A program made the position numbers and the translations under genes. Positions 1 through 8,117 of a DNA stretch of 36,880 nucleotides are shown one piece after another; position 1 is the first letter of the stretch; every line of letters begins with the position of its first letter. Under the pieces are notes generated by a model. It was not told the DNA's origin. It saw only the letters and a program-made list of their open reading frames with translations, and did no database searches. The DNA lies in the NCBI GenBank assembly GCA_009691355.1, contig SICW01000002.1:1-36880 (forward strand), written 5' to 3'. The stretch is from Candidatus Woesearchaeota archaeon. GTDB taxonomy: Archaea; Nanobdellota; Nanobdellia; SCGC-AAA011-G17; GW2011-AR17.

Positions 1-154
1 TGATAATGTCTGCAAGATCAGTTCGTAAATATGGCTCTCCACCTGTAAGCATTAAGGTACGTAAAGGATGTTTGAGTGTTTTTGCAATACTTTTCATTTC
101 CTCCAGGCTTAACTCTGGTTTTCCAGTGTTTAATTCTTCCCAATAGAAAGTTAT
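1..154 (-). pseudogene. Radical SAM family gene fragment; runs off the window at its 3' end and lacks the N-terminal Cys-cluster region
   Basis: Minus-strand open frame reads ITFYWEELNTGKPELSLEEMKSIAKTLKHPLRTLMLTGGEPYLRTDLADII. LTGGEPxLR is the typical radical SAM GGE motif that normally follows CxxxCxxC by about 40 aa. An in-frame TAA lies at 155-157 and no Cys motif occurs upstream in any frame. The only in-frame ATG is at 95-97. Confidence 0.4.
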
Positions 155-184
155 TTAAAAGACCACCATTTTAGTTCGACTTAT

Positions 185-260
185 GGGCCAGTGATCTAGT
201 GGCTATGATTCCTCCCTTACAAGGAGGCTGTCGAAGGTTCGAGTCCTCCCTGGCCCACCA
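185..260 (+). tRNA. tRNA-Val (anticodon UAC), with CCA encoded
   Basis: Acceptor stem GGGCCAG/CTGGCCC. Anticodon stem CCTCC/GGAGG with loop CTTACAA. T-arm GGTTCGAGTCC. Discriminator A followed by CCA at 258-260. Confidence 0.9.
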
Positions 261-294
261 TATTTCTTTTTGAAGGACGAGACAAAATAAATGT

Positions 295-1032
295 TTATTT
301 CGTAAGTTGTTCCAACTCGGATAAATATCGTTTTAATTTAGCTATAAAAACCTTTTTTTCATCATCAGTTTTATATACACCCATTCGAAACTTAAATGCT
401 TCATGTACAAGATGGGTTTTATCTCTTACAGATTGAGTAATTCCCTCAAATGAGTGTGTTACAGGAATACCCCTAACATTTTGTTCTAACTCTACTAACC
501 AAAATACTTCTTTAAGTAAGGGAGAAAATTCTATCTTTCTAGATTCAAATGCTCTAATATACCCCTCTCTAATAACTCTTATTCCATCTTGTAAAGCATG
601 TTTATCTTCTCTCATGAGAAACTCAGTAACATTGAGTGCTTTTCCATAAATTAATTTACACTCACTTAATTTCTTAAGAAATCTATCTGGTTTTGCTCTT
701 AAGTCTGGAGAATGTTCCCCTTCAGTACAAAGTTGATTATTCTTTAATTCCCAGAGAGATAAAGGAACAACACATACAGGGTCAATCTCTGGTGAGTTTA
801 CAGAGAACACATCGCCTTCATAGTCATTTTCTGTGACAATAGGGACCATATCTACATCACTCCCTTCTTTCATCTCTCTTCTTGTAAAACTCCCTTTGAT
901 GTAAATTGCAACAAGTGCAGCTTGAGGTATTGCTGCTATTACTTTTTTTCTCGCTGATTTTACTTTCTCAATAGCACTCTCTTCAATAGAATTTTTATTC
1001 TTCCAATCATCCCAAAAATCATACTTTACCAT
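295..1032 (-). CDS. Pol-beta superfamily nucleotidyltransferase, aminoglycoside/kanamycin nucleotidyltransferase-like, with helical C-terminal domain
   Basis: 245-aa ORF with ATG start. GSFTRREMKEGSDVDMVPIV fits the GS-x(n)-DxD minimal NTase motif. Confidence 0.75.
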   Translation of the reverse strand: MVKYDFWDDWKNKNSIEESAIEKVKSARKKVIAAIPQAALVAIYIKGSFTRREMKEGSDVDMVPIVTENDYEGDVFSVNSPEIDPVCVVPLSLWELKNNQLCTEGEHSPDLRAKPDRFLKKLSECKLIYGKALNVTEFLMREDKHALQDGIRVIREGYIRAFESRKIEFSPLLKEVFWLVELEQNVRGIPVTHSFEGITQSVRDKTHLVHEAFKFRMGVYKTDDEKKVFIAKLKRYLSELEQLTK

Positions 1033-1105
1033 GTTTATTTTAACTAAAAAGAAGTTAATAAGTGTTTCTAAGAAGGTTTATTAATTAAATCACCCTTTCA
1101 AACTT

Positions 1106-2029
1106 GTGAAAGTTAGTCTTAAACAAGCACAAAAAATCTCTCAACTTCTGGACTGTTCTTTGATAGATTATCGATTCTTAGCTAAGGGGAATCATAACTG
1201 GAATTACCTGTTACATACAGATAAAAGAAATTTGATTTTACGAATGGAGAATAATGCCCAATTTAAGAATCTAAAAAAGGAATATACCCTTCTACGAAAA
1301 CTAAAATCAGGGTTAGGACCCAAAGTTTTTCTCTTTGATAAGAGCCACAAGATTGTTCCTACAAATTACCTTATTGAAGAGTATATTGTTGGAAAACATC
1401 CTCAAAAAATAACTGAGGACTTTTTACTTTCTATGGCACAATGGTTTAAACAATTACATAAAATTACCAAACATACCTCTTCCGAATTTTCTTTAGATTC
1501 TGCATTGAAACCCTATTATAGGAACTACCTTAAGTATAAACATCATATAAAGGATAAGAGACTATTACAGCAGCTGGAATATACCATCAATAAAGCAAAA
1601 GAAATTTGTACCAAAAATAAATCTATTTTTAAGAATCGAAGGAAAAGGGTTCTCCTTCATAACGATTCTTCAAGAGAAAATATATTTTATAAAAAAGGAC
1701 TTGTTCAGCTTATTGATTGGGAATTTGCAAGCTATGGTTTCCCCGAAAGAGAACTGGTCTATTTTATAGATTCATATGACTTACTTGAAGAACAGAAAAG
1801 AATATTTCTTAAAGAGTATGGTTACCCTACTAATGCCTCTGCTCAAAAACAATTACAAGCTTACTTTATTATCCATTTATGTAGCTCAGTAGGATACTCC
1901 CTTTGGAGATTAGATTTATTGAAAAATACAAAAGAAAAGAAAGAGACTATAACAAGACTTAAAAAAGACTTAGATAAACTGACTCAGAGAGTAAATATTT
2001 ACTATGAAACAAAGTCCAAAAAAACCTAA
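1106..2029 (+). CDS. APH / choline-kinase-like phosphotransferase
   Basis: 307-aa ORF with GTG start. LLHNDSSRENIFYKKGLVQLIDWEFASYG matches the HxDxxxxN...IDWE catalytic and Brenner motifs of the aminoglycoside phosphotransferase / choline kinase family. Confidence 0.75.
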   Translation: MKVSLKQAQKISQLLDCSLIDYRFLAKGNHNWNYLLHTDKRNLILRMENNAQFKNLKKEYTLLRKLKSGLGPKVFLFDKSHKIVPTNYLIEEYIVGKHPQKITEDFLLSMAQWFKQLHKITKHTSSEFSLDSALKPYYRNYLKYKHHIKDKRLLQQLEYTINKAKEICTKNKSIFKNRRKRVLLHNDSSRENIFYKKGLVQLIDWEFASYGFPERELVYFIDSYDLLEEQKRIFLKEYGYPTNASAQKQLQAYFIIHLCSSVGYSLWRLDLLKNTKEKKETITRLKKDLDKLTQRVNIYYETKSKKT

Positions 2030-2047
2030 CTCTACCGAGCGTTGCGA

Positions 2048-2070
2048 GGTTCGAGTCCTTCCTGGCCCAC
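2048..2070 (+). repeat. Remnant copy of the tRNA-Val T-arm and acceptor 3' end (att-like direct repeat)
   Basis: 22/23 identity to 236-258. Lies in the 48-nt gap between two convergent genes. No 5' tRNA half is recognisable upstream. Confidence 0.7.
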
Positions 2071-2077
2071 TATTCTT

Positions 2078-3043
2078 TTAGCTTTTTATTACTATAATCC
2101 CAAGTAGAGCTTTCTGTTTATTCTTTTGATCTCTAAATTGAAAACAGTCACTTTTTTCTTGTCCTTCATAGACATTTTTGATCATTTTCATTTTTCTGGG
2201 ACTATAGATAGTAACAATATTTGCATAAATTCCCCTTTTTCGATCTCCTTGGGTTTTTTGATAAAAATCCTGTAGGATATTCTTCATAATAGATTTCTCT
2301 TTTGTAACTAGACACTCGTCAAGAAAAAGATCTGGCTTGTGTTTTTCATAGAACTCATGAAAGATCATTTTTATTTTTGAATCATATCTATCTGTTCCCG
2401 TTCTCTTAATAATATTTACTACTTCATCTACCTTTTTTTTGTGATCTTTACTACTTATACATCTTAGAAGTATCATCTTTCCTAGAAATTGTTCATGAAT
2501 AATTTTATCTCCTCTTCTTCCAATACTCTCAAAATATCCTTTTTCTGTGTTCTTCTTTTGAATAGAAATGGTCCAGACTGGAACTGGAGAAGTAACATCG
2601 CGATTAGCAGAAGTTCTGGGCGAGGCGAAGAAATTAGCTATTTCTTTATAGACCTCTGGAAAATTTGCTTCTTTATAGCCCGTTTTTGGCCATGTATCTA
2701 AACCATCATCGTTGTATCTGGGAATCAAATGTATATGAAAATGAAAACAAGATTGCTGTGCAACTTTTCCACTTGCATGGAGAATATTAATTCCCTCAGC
2801 ACCATATTTCTCTTTTAGCCTTTGCGAAATAGTTTTTATAGCATCAACTATGTGATGTAATTCAGCTTTTGGAATATCATAAAAATTAACATAATGTTTT
2901 CTTGGAATTACAAGCATGTGACCTTTAGCAATAATCTGGTCTTTTAATGGAGCGAAAGCTAAAACATATTCATTCCCATAGATTTTATTTGAAGGTAATT
3001 TCCCTGTGATGATTTTACAAAAACTACACTCAGTCATAAGCAT
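2078..3043 (-). CDS. HIT-family nucleotide hydrolase/transferase fused to a C-terminal domain of about 170 aa with unknown function
   Basis: N-terminus CSFCKII...KGHMLVIPRKH...HFHIHLIP is a canonical HIT fold with the HxHxHxx motif. Residues from about 150 to 321 show no motif I recognise. Confidence 0.75.
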   Translation of the reverse strand: MLMTECSFCKIITGKLPSNKIYGNEYVLAFAPLKDQIIAKGHMLVIPRKHYVNFYDIPKAELHHIVDAIKTISQRLKEKYGAEGINILHASGKVAQQSCFHFHIHLIPRYNDDGLDTWPKTGYKEANFPEVYKEIANFFASPRTSANRDVTSPVPVWTISIQKKNTEKGYFESIGRRGDKIIHEQFLGKMILLRCISSKDHKKKVDEVVNIIKRTGTDRYDSKIKMIFHEFYEKHKPDLFLDECLVTKEKSIMKNILQDFYQKTQGDRKRGIYANIVTIYSPRKMKMIKNVYEGQEKSDCFQFRDQKNKQKALLGIIVIKS

Positions 3044-3267
3044 AATAGCTTATTGAGATTTAATAATGTACCGGTGAAGCGCACTTTTTCAATTGTATTT
3101 AACATGCATTTTAATCCTCTCTATATGCCTCTAAAAAAACTGTAATCTCTGCTACTTTTCTTGGATTCAAGGAAATATGTTCACTAGAGCCTTTCCCTAT
3201 TTTTACGAAAAGTTTGGAAATAGTTCTAGCCGTAAGCCTTTTAAAGGAAAACTCTCCAAAAAAGACT

Positions 3268-3816
3268 ATGGCAGAGATCTACAATATTCGTGATCTTCAA
3301 ACACTAGAACGTTTTGCACAAAGAGAAGGATATACTCGTCTTGCAGACTACCTCCCTACACTTTATACATGGAATATTCCTGTTGAAACTGCCGCTGAAC
3401 TTGTTCGGAGAGGAATTTCTTTTTCGGAGTACCATAATGACCCTTCGCTTCTTGAAGAACAACTCCCAGAAAATGTTATCCCCATTGCTGATCTTTATCA
3501 TGCACGAGATGAAAGAATTGCAGAAGAAAGAAGAGCTTCACTAGAGACTCAAGTGAGAAGAGATGTTTCACCTATAAAACGAAAAGAACATCCCCTTCGT
3601 ACTGTTATGTATGGTATTCTTGCAGGGACTATTGCTGCATCTGCGCTTATTGGATTGTCCACAATTCATGCAGACCCTGCGTATTTAGAATCAGAACTCC
3701 TCAATGACCCTTTATGTACCAGTATTGAAGGCCTTTATGTTTGTCTGGATCATTCTGAACACGGGCCTTTCTTTGGATCATATTGGGAATATAAACAATT
3801 ACGTGAAGAATTATAA
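3268..3816 (+). CDS. Single-pass membrane protein, unknown function
   Basis: The ORF track starts at a TTG (3214). I prefer ATG 3268 because a TATA-like CTTTTAAAGG (3238-3247) sits about 25 nt upstream. One hydrophobic helix, VMYGILAGTIAASALIGLSTI. Arg-rich relative to its neighbours. Confidence 0.55.
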   Translation: MAEIYNIRDLQTLERFAQREGYTRLADYLPTLYTWNIPVETAAELVRRGISFSEYHNDPSLLEEQLPENVIPIADLYHARDERIAEERRASLETQVRRDVSPIKRKEHPLRTVMYGILAGTIAASALIGLSTIHADPAYLESELLNDPLCTSIEGLYVCLDHSEHGPFFGSYWEYKQLREEL

Positions 3817-3822
3817 AAACAA

Positions 3823-4872
3823 TTAATTTCTTTGTAACTTTTGTACACGCTCTACTAAAGAAGGATCAATATAGTGATGGACAGTCACTGTAGAATTTTC
3901 TTGCCAAGTATGAGTTTTTTTCTGAAAGCGTCGATGACCAAGGTCGTGGGCAATAGAGAGAAAAAGCGTATTTACTTCTTCTTTACTTGCTTTCTTTCTG
4001 TGTTTGAGAAACTCTTTGACTTGTTTTGTTGCATAATGCGAGCGTACAATATGAGGATAAAACTCTTTTCCTGTATACTTTACAAAAGCTTTCTTAAATT
4101 CCTGTTCGGGAATGGGATGTCTTGTACTCTCTGAAGTAAATACAAAATTATCTGGTTTTTTTGTTTTTAAGAGTTTTTGCAGTCTAGAAATATACTCTTT
4201 TTCAAAAGTATGTGTTAAGCTTAGTGGAACGCCATCTTTGCCAATATAGGCAAAATTTACTTCCTTTCCTTTTATATGAATATCCTTTTTCTTTAATGTT
4301 GTTAAGCCCTTATGGCCATGTACATGGTAGTACATTTCATTTCCCACACGCATATACGTTTTCAGAAGCGTCCACAGAGGAAGTGCAAGATTATCTTTTT
4401 CATCTTTCAAGGCTTTTTTTACGTTTGTACGTAACTTAGAATAACATTTCTCAAAGAGCTCAACTTTCTTGTATTTTTCTTTTGTGTGTTGTCTTCTTTT
4501 TTCCAGGGTATAACAATACGCATACTCACTTCCCTTATTTTGGTAAATAACATCCCAGTGTTCATTTGAAGATTGATCATGAATGGTGAGATGCGGGGCA
4601 AAGAGAGAATAGGCTTTGTCTAAGACTTTTCCATTGGGGAGAATATTGATCCGTGCTCCCTGTGGTTGGCCCTTATAGAGTTGTCCTTTTAAGAAGGTTT
4701 TATCTTTCTTATCAATAAGAGAAGGGAAATTATGGTTTGCCTTGAATAATTTCACTACATTCAAAAGTTCTGGAAAGCTTTTTGAAACTCTTTTCCATCC
4801 GCTCTTTGTTTTTTCATAGGCTTGGAGATTCTTTGTTTTTATTCTTATTGTCCCCACATGAGTAGCATTCAT
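3823..4872 (-). CDS. DNA topoisomerase IB (poxvirus/bacterial-size type)
   Basis: 349 aa. GLTTLKKKDIHIKGKEVNFAYIGKDG (core Lys region), VRSHYAT (catalytic Arg region), LGH...TVHHYIDPSL (His and the active-site Tyr in a YIDP context). All are characteristic of type IB topoisomerases. Confidence 0.8.
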   Translation of the reverse strand: MNATHVGTIRIKTKNLQAYEKTKSGWKRVSKSFPELLNVVKLFKANHNFPSLIDKKDKTFLKGQLYKGQPQGARINILPNGKVLDKAYSLFAPHLTIHDQSSNEHWDVIYQNKGSEYAYCYTLEKRRQHTKEKYKKVELFEKCYSKLRTNVKKALKDEKDNLALPLWTLLKTYMRVGNEMYYHVHGHKGLTTLKKKDIHIKGKEVNFAYIGKDGVPLSLTHTFEKEYISRLQKLLKTKKPDNFVFTSESTRHPIPEQEFKKAFVKYTGKEFYPHIVRSHYATKQVKEFLKHRKKASKEEVNTLFLSIAHDLGHRRFQKKTHTWQENSTVTVHHYIDPSLVERVQKLQRN

Positions 4873-4895
4873 TTCTTTCTTCTAGAGGATTAGGA

Positions 4896-4904
4896 GTATA
4901 AATG
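4896..4904 (-). promoter_or_regulatory. TATA-like box for the topoisomerase IB gene
   Basis: Minus-strand CATTTATAC is centred about 28 nt upstream of ATG 4872, in a 38-nt spacer. Confidence 0.45.
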
Positions 4905-4910
4905 TTTTTC

Positions 4911-6263
4911 TTATTTATACAAGAGAACTTGTTCTCGAGAACACTTAAAAACTTTGGGGATTTTATTAATAGAGTTTATTCTATGTTGCACTTTTTTTTG
5001 TAGGAGCCGTGCCTCTTCGTTACTCAGCCCTTGCTGTATCACATAGGTCACGTTTCCTTCTAAGACTGTTCGTGTGCTTTCTTGAATTTCTAGAATACCA
5101 AAATCTTCTGGTGACTCAAAGGCTTTTGCTCCACGTTGCAGGCCAAAAATACTTGTACAAACTAAGTCTATATTTTCCTTATTCTTTTCTAAGAATTCTA
5201 GGGTTTGCATATACTCTTCTTGTGTTTCCGTAGGAAAAGCAAACATAATGTAGAGGATATTTTGTATGCCTGCATTGTGACTTTCCTTTAATACTTGTGG
5301 GACTTTTTGGATGTCTGTTCCCTTCTTCATCAGATCAAGAACACGTTGAGAGCCTGATTCTACACCCCAGGAGACAGAACGTAAACCGCCTTCATAGAGT
5401 TCTTTACTTATACCTAAAATATCTGCTGTGGGACGCAATTGACATGCCCATTCTACATCTAAAGGTTTACATATTTGTGCGAAAGTTAGTAAACGCTCTT
5501 TTGCGACCATGTCATCGATAAGAAAAACATATTTGGCATTATTGTTCTTTAATGTATTTTCTAGCCATTGTGTTTCATATTCTTTATAGGGAACGCGTGC
5601 AAAATGTGTACAAAAGGTGCATTGTTTGTAAAAACATGTGCTGGATGTTTTGATAGGAAGAATTCTTTCTCTTGCAAGGTAATTCTCTCCAGGGAAAGAA
5701 GAAAAATCTAAAGGATTTTCTGCTGCGTAAAAATCTCCTGATTTTGTCTTTACACCTTTCTTTGTGAAAAAAGCAATAATTTCCTCTTCGGTTTTGAGAA
5801 GTTGACCGTACTGCAAGACTTTTCCTTTTGCTGCAGGGCCACCAAGGATGCATTCTACTCCTTTCTGTTGCAATTCTTGTAAGAGAACTGTTGCATAGAA
5901 ACATTGACTGTTGTACACGAGACTAAAAGCAATACAATCATATTTTTCTGTGTGAATTAAAGAGAGAAGTTCGTCAAATTGTTCAGGCTTTTCTCCATGT
6001 ACTACTGCTTTGTTATTCCTTGCATAGACTTCACGGGATTCTTTGTCAAAGTGTTCAAAGACCTTTGCGTACTCTTCTTTGGTTTTTGTCTGTAACACTT
6101 TTTGATAATAGGAAGAAAATCTTCGTTTGTGAAATTCTGCGTTCAAATCAAGCACATCTATTTCTAGATCTACATTTGTTTGGAGAAAATGCTTTAATGA
6201 GGCTAAGGAATAGGGTAAAATCGTAGGAGTACAAAAAGGAGGATACACTAACAGGAGTTTCAT
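4911..6263 (-). CDS. B12-binding-domain radical SAM enzyme (class B-like)
   Basis: 450 aa. The N-terminal Rossmann-like segment (IAFSLVY...ILGGPAA) resembles a cobalamin-binding domain. The Cys cluster is CFYKQCTFC (CX4CX2C). SWGVESGSQRVLDLMKKG is a typical radical SAM core. Confidence 0.8.
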   Translation of the reverse strand: MKLLLVYPPFCTPTILPYSLASLKHFLQTNVDLEIDVLDLNAEFHKRRFSSYYQKVLQTKTKEEYAKVFEHFDKESREVYARNNKAVVHGEKPEQFDELLSLIHTEKYDCIAFSLVYNSQCFYATVLLQELQQKGVECILGGPAAKGKVLQYGQLLKTEEEIIAFFTKKGVKTKSGDFYAAENPLDFSSFPGENYLARERILPIKTSSTCFYKQCTFCTHFARVPYKEYETQWLENTLKNNNAKYVFLIDDMVAKERLLTFAQICKPLDVEWACQLRPTADILGISKELYEGGLRSVSWGVESGSQRVLDLMKKGTDIQKVPQVLKESHNAGIQNILYIMFAFPTETQEEYMQTLEFLEKNKENIDLVCTSIFGLQRGAKAFESPEDFGILEIQESTRTVLEGNVTYVIQQGLSNEEARLLQKKVQHRINSINKIPKVFKCSREQVLLYK

Positions 6264-6284
6264 AGCTTTTTGAGCTTGGATTTA

Positions 6285-6294
6285 GTATATAAAG
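6285..6294 (-). promoter_or_regulatory. TATA-like box for the radical SAM gene
   Basis: Minus-strand CTTTATATAC is centred about 27 nt upstream of ATG 6263, in a 36-nt spacer. Confidence 0.45.
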
Positions 6295-6299
6295 GTTTT

Positions 6300-6737
6300 T
6301 TATTCTTTTTTGTCTTTGCGCATGAGAAAACTTTCTGTTTCCACATCTCTATCAAAAGGATTTTTTACTGTTTTTACTCCTTTGAAACCTAGTTCTTTAT
6401 GAAGTTTAATAGAAGCTTCATTGTTTATTTTTACAAGTGCAAGAATGGGATGACTTCCACAGTGTGCTAAAAGTGTCTCGTATAATCTTCTCTCTATACC
6501 CTGGTTTTGCCATTTAGGATGAATAATGATATCTTCTACGTAGATTTCTTCTTTTGCTGTCTTTAAGGCAAAGATCACACCCACAATTTTATTCTTTTCC
6601 TTTGCAACAAAAACATATTCAAACTTTGTGAGATAGCCATAGCCATATTTTCCGGTTACATCTCTTTCTTTGCATTGTTGCTCTAATTTTCTTATAGAAG
6701 GAGTTTCATAATTTTTTGCTTGAGAAATAGTGACCAT
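6300..6737 (-). CDS. GNAT family N-acetyltransferase
   Basis: 145 aa. IIIHPKWQNQGIERRLYETLL matches GNAT motif A (Q/R-x-x-G-x-G/A). Confidence 0.8.
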   Translation of the reverse strand: MVTISQAKNYETPSIRKLEQQCKERDVTGKYGYGYLTKFEYVFVAKEKNKIVGVIFALKTAKEEIYVEDIIIHPKWQNQGIERRLYETLLAHCGSHPILALVKINNEASIKLHKELGFKGVKTVKNPFDRDVETESFLMRKDKKE

Positions 6738-6759
6738 ACTAGGGATATAAAATAAAAGA

Positions 6760-6769
6760 GAATATAAAA
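6760..6769 (-). promoter_or_regulatory. TATA-like box for the GNAT gene
   Basis: Minus-strand TTTTATATTC is centred about 27 nt upstream of ATG 6737, in a 36-nt spacer. Confidence 0.45.
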
Positions 6770-6773
6770 AGGT

Positions 6774-8117
6774 TTATCTTCGTGTAAAGACAGAACCTTT
6801 CTTTCTTCCAAAGCTTGGACCACGATGTTCTTCTTCTCGTCTTCCACTACCAGCAGATGAGCCTCTAGAAGAACCAGAACTTCTTCCACGACCACCACCA
6901 GAACCACCACGGAAAGAGCCACCGCCTCTTCCACCAAAACCACCACTACGAGGACTGTCTCTGTCGCCTTGAAGGTCTTTCTGGAAGTTTACCTTCTCAA
7001 ATTGAGGAAGGTCTTCTTTTCGAATGTTTAAAGAACGATCGCTAAGAACATGGTTGAAATTTTCGTAATCGTGTTCTGCTAATAGAGTTACTGCATCCCC
7101 TTCTGCACCTGCACGAGCTGTTCTTCCTATTCTGTGTACATACTCATCTGCAGTTTTTGGAACGTCGTAGTTATAGACATGAGAAACATTCTTAATATCT
7201 AATCCACGAGCTGCAACATCAGTTGCTACAAGGATATTGATACTTTCTTTCTTTAGGTTGTCTAGTGCGTACATTCTTTTACTTTGGGTTAAACCACCAT
7301 GGATAGCCATTGCTTTGATCCCTTGCCCACGAAGATTTCGTGTGACTTGATCAACAGCACGTCGCGTACCACAAAAGACTATAGCCATACCTGAAGGACT
7401 AAGCTTGATAAGACTCACTAATAAAGAGAACTTCTCATGATTTCTTACTACGTAATATCTTTGCTTGAGTAAGTGTTTTGCTACATGCACTTCTGCTTTA
7501 ATTGTTACAGGATGACGTAAGTATCTCTGTATTAATTGTTGAATACTTGCAGATAATGTTGCACTGAATAGAAGAGTTTGTCTTTCTTTTGGAATATGCT
7601 TGATGATTCTTTCTACATCTTCGATGAAACCCATCTCAAACATTTTATCTGCTTCATCTAAAACCAAGACTTTTACTTTTCCGAAATTTATTGTTCCTCT
7701 TTCTAAATGATCCAGGATTCTTCCAGGAGTTCCAACAACAACATCTGCACGTTGAATAGCATTAATTTGTGGACCAATAGCTACTCCACCATAGACACTT
7801 GTTATTCTTGCACCACTGAATTTACTAAAAGATAATAATGCATCACTGACTTGTACACAGAGTTCTCTGGTAGGGGTCAAAATTAATGATTGTAAGCCTT
7901 TGCCATTTTCTATTTTTTCTAAAAGGGGAAGGCCAAAAGCTGCGGTTTTTCCTGAACCAGTACTAGACTGGCCAACAACGTCCTTACCATTTTTAATCTC
8001 AGGTATACATTTTTCCTGAATTTGCGTCGCGTTTTCATAACCAAGGGCTTTGATTGCCTTTAGAACATTATGATTTAAGTTTAATTCTTCTACTAACATT
8101 TTATTTCCTAAACTCAT
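6774..8117 (-). CDS. DEAD-box ATP-dependent RNA helicase with C-terminal RGG/SG-rich tail
   Basis: Q motif (ATQIQ), motif I (SSTGSGKT), DEAD (VLDEAD), SAT, HRIGRTARAG. The tail is GGFGGRGGGSFRGGSGGGRGRSSGSSRGSS. The second Met (8099) may be the true start because the TATA at 8133-8142 is only about 18 nt from the first ATG. Confidence 0.9.
   Translation of the reverse strand: MSLGNKMLVEELNLNHNVLKAIKALGYENATQIQEKCIPEIKNGKDVVGQSSTGSGKTAAFGLPLLEKIENGKGLQSLILTPTRELCVQVSDALLSFSKFSGARITSVYGGVAIGPQINAIQRADVVVGTPGRILDHLERGTINFGKVKVLVLDEADKMFEMGFIEDVERIIKHIPKERQTLLFSATLSASIQQLIQRYLRHPVTIKAEVHVAKHLLKQRYYVVRNHEKFSLLVSLIKLSPSGMAIVFCGTRRAVDQVTRNLRGQGIKAMAIHGGLTQSKRMYALDNLKKESINILVATDVAARGLDIKNVSHVYNYDVPKTADEYVHRIGRTARAGAEGDAVTLLAEHDYENFNHVLSDRSLNIRKEDLPQFEKVNFQKDLQGDRDSPRSGGFGGRGGGSFRGGSGGGRGRSSGSSRGSSAGSGRREEEHRGPSFGRKKGSVFTRR

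Larger units (their letters stand above)
258..2070. mobile_element. Putative degraded integrated islet bounded by tRNA-Val and a copy of its 3' end; no integrase present
   Basis: Positions 236-258 (GGTTCGAGTCCTCCCTGGCCCAC) and 2048-2070 (GGTTCGAGTCCTTCCTGGCCCAC) match at 22 of 23 nt in direct orientation. They enclose exactly two divergent genes. Confidence 0.35.

Noticed and set aside
6692-6946. 84-aa ORF rich in V/L/E (MVVLVEEAVALSVVVLVVVVEE...)
   Set aside because: It is an alternative frame of the GC-rich repeat encoding the RGG tail of the DEAD-box helicase, so it is a frame artefact of low-complexity DNA.
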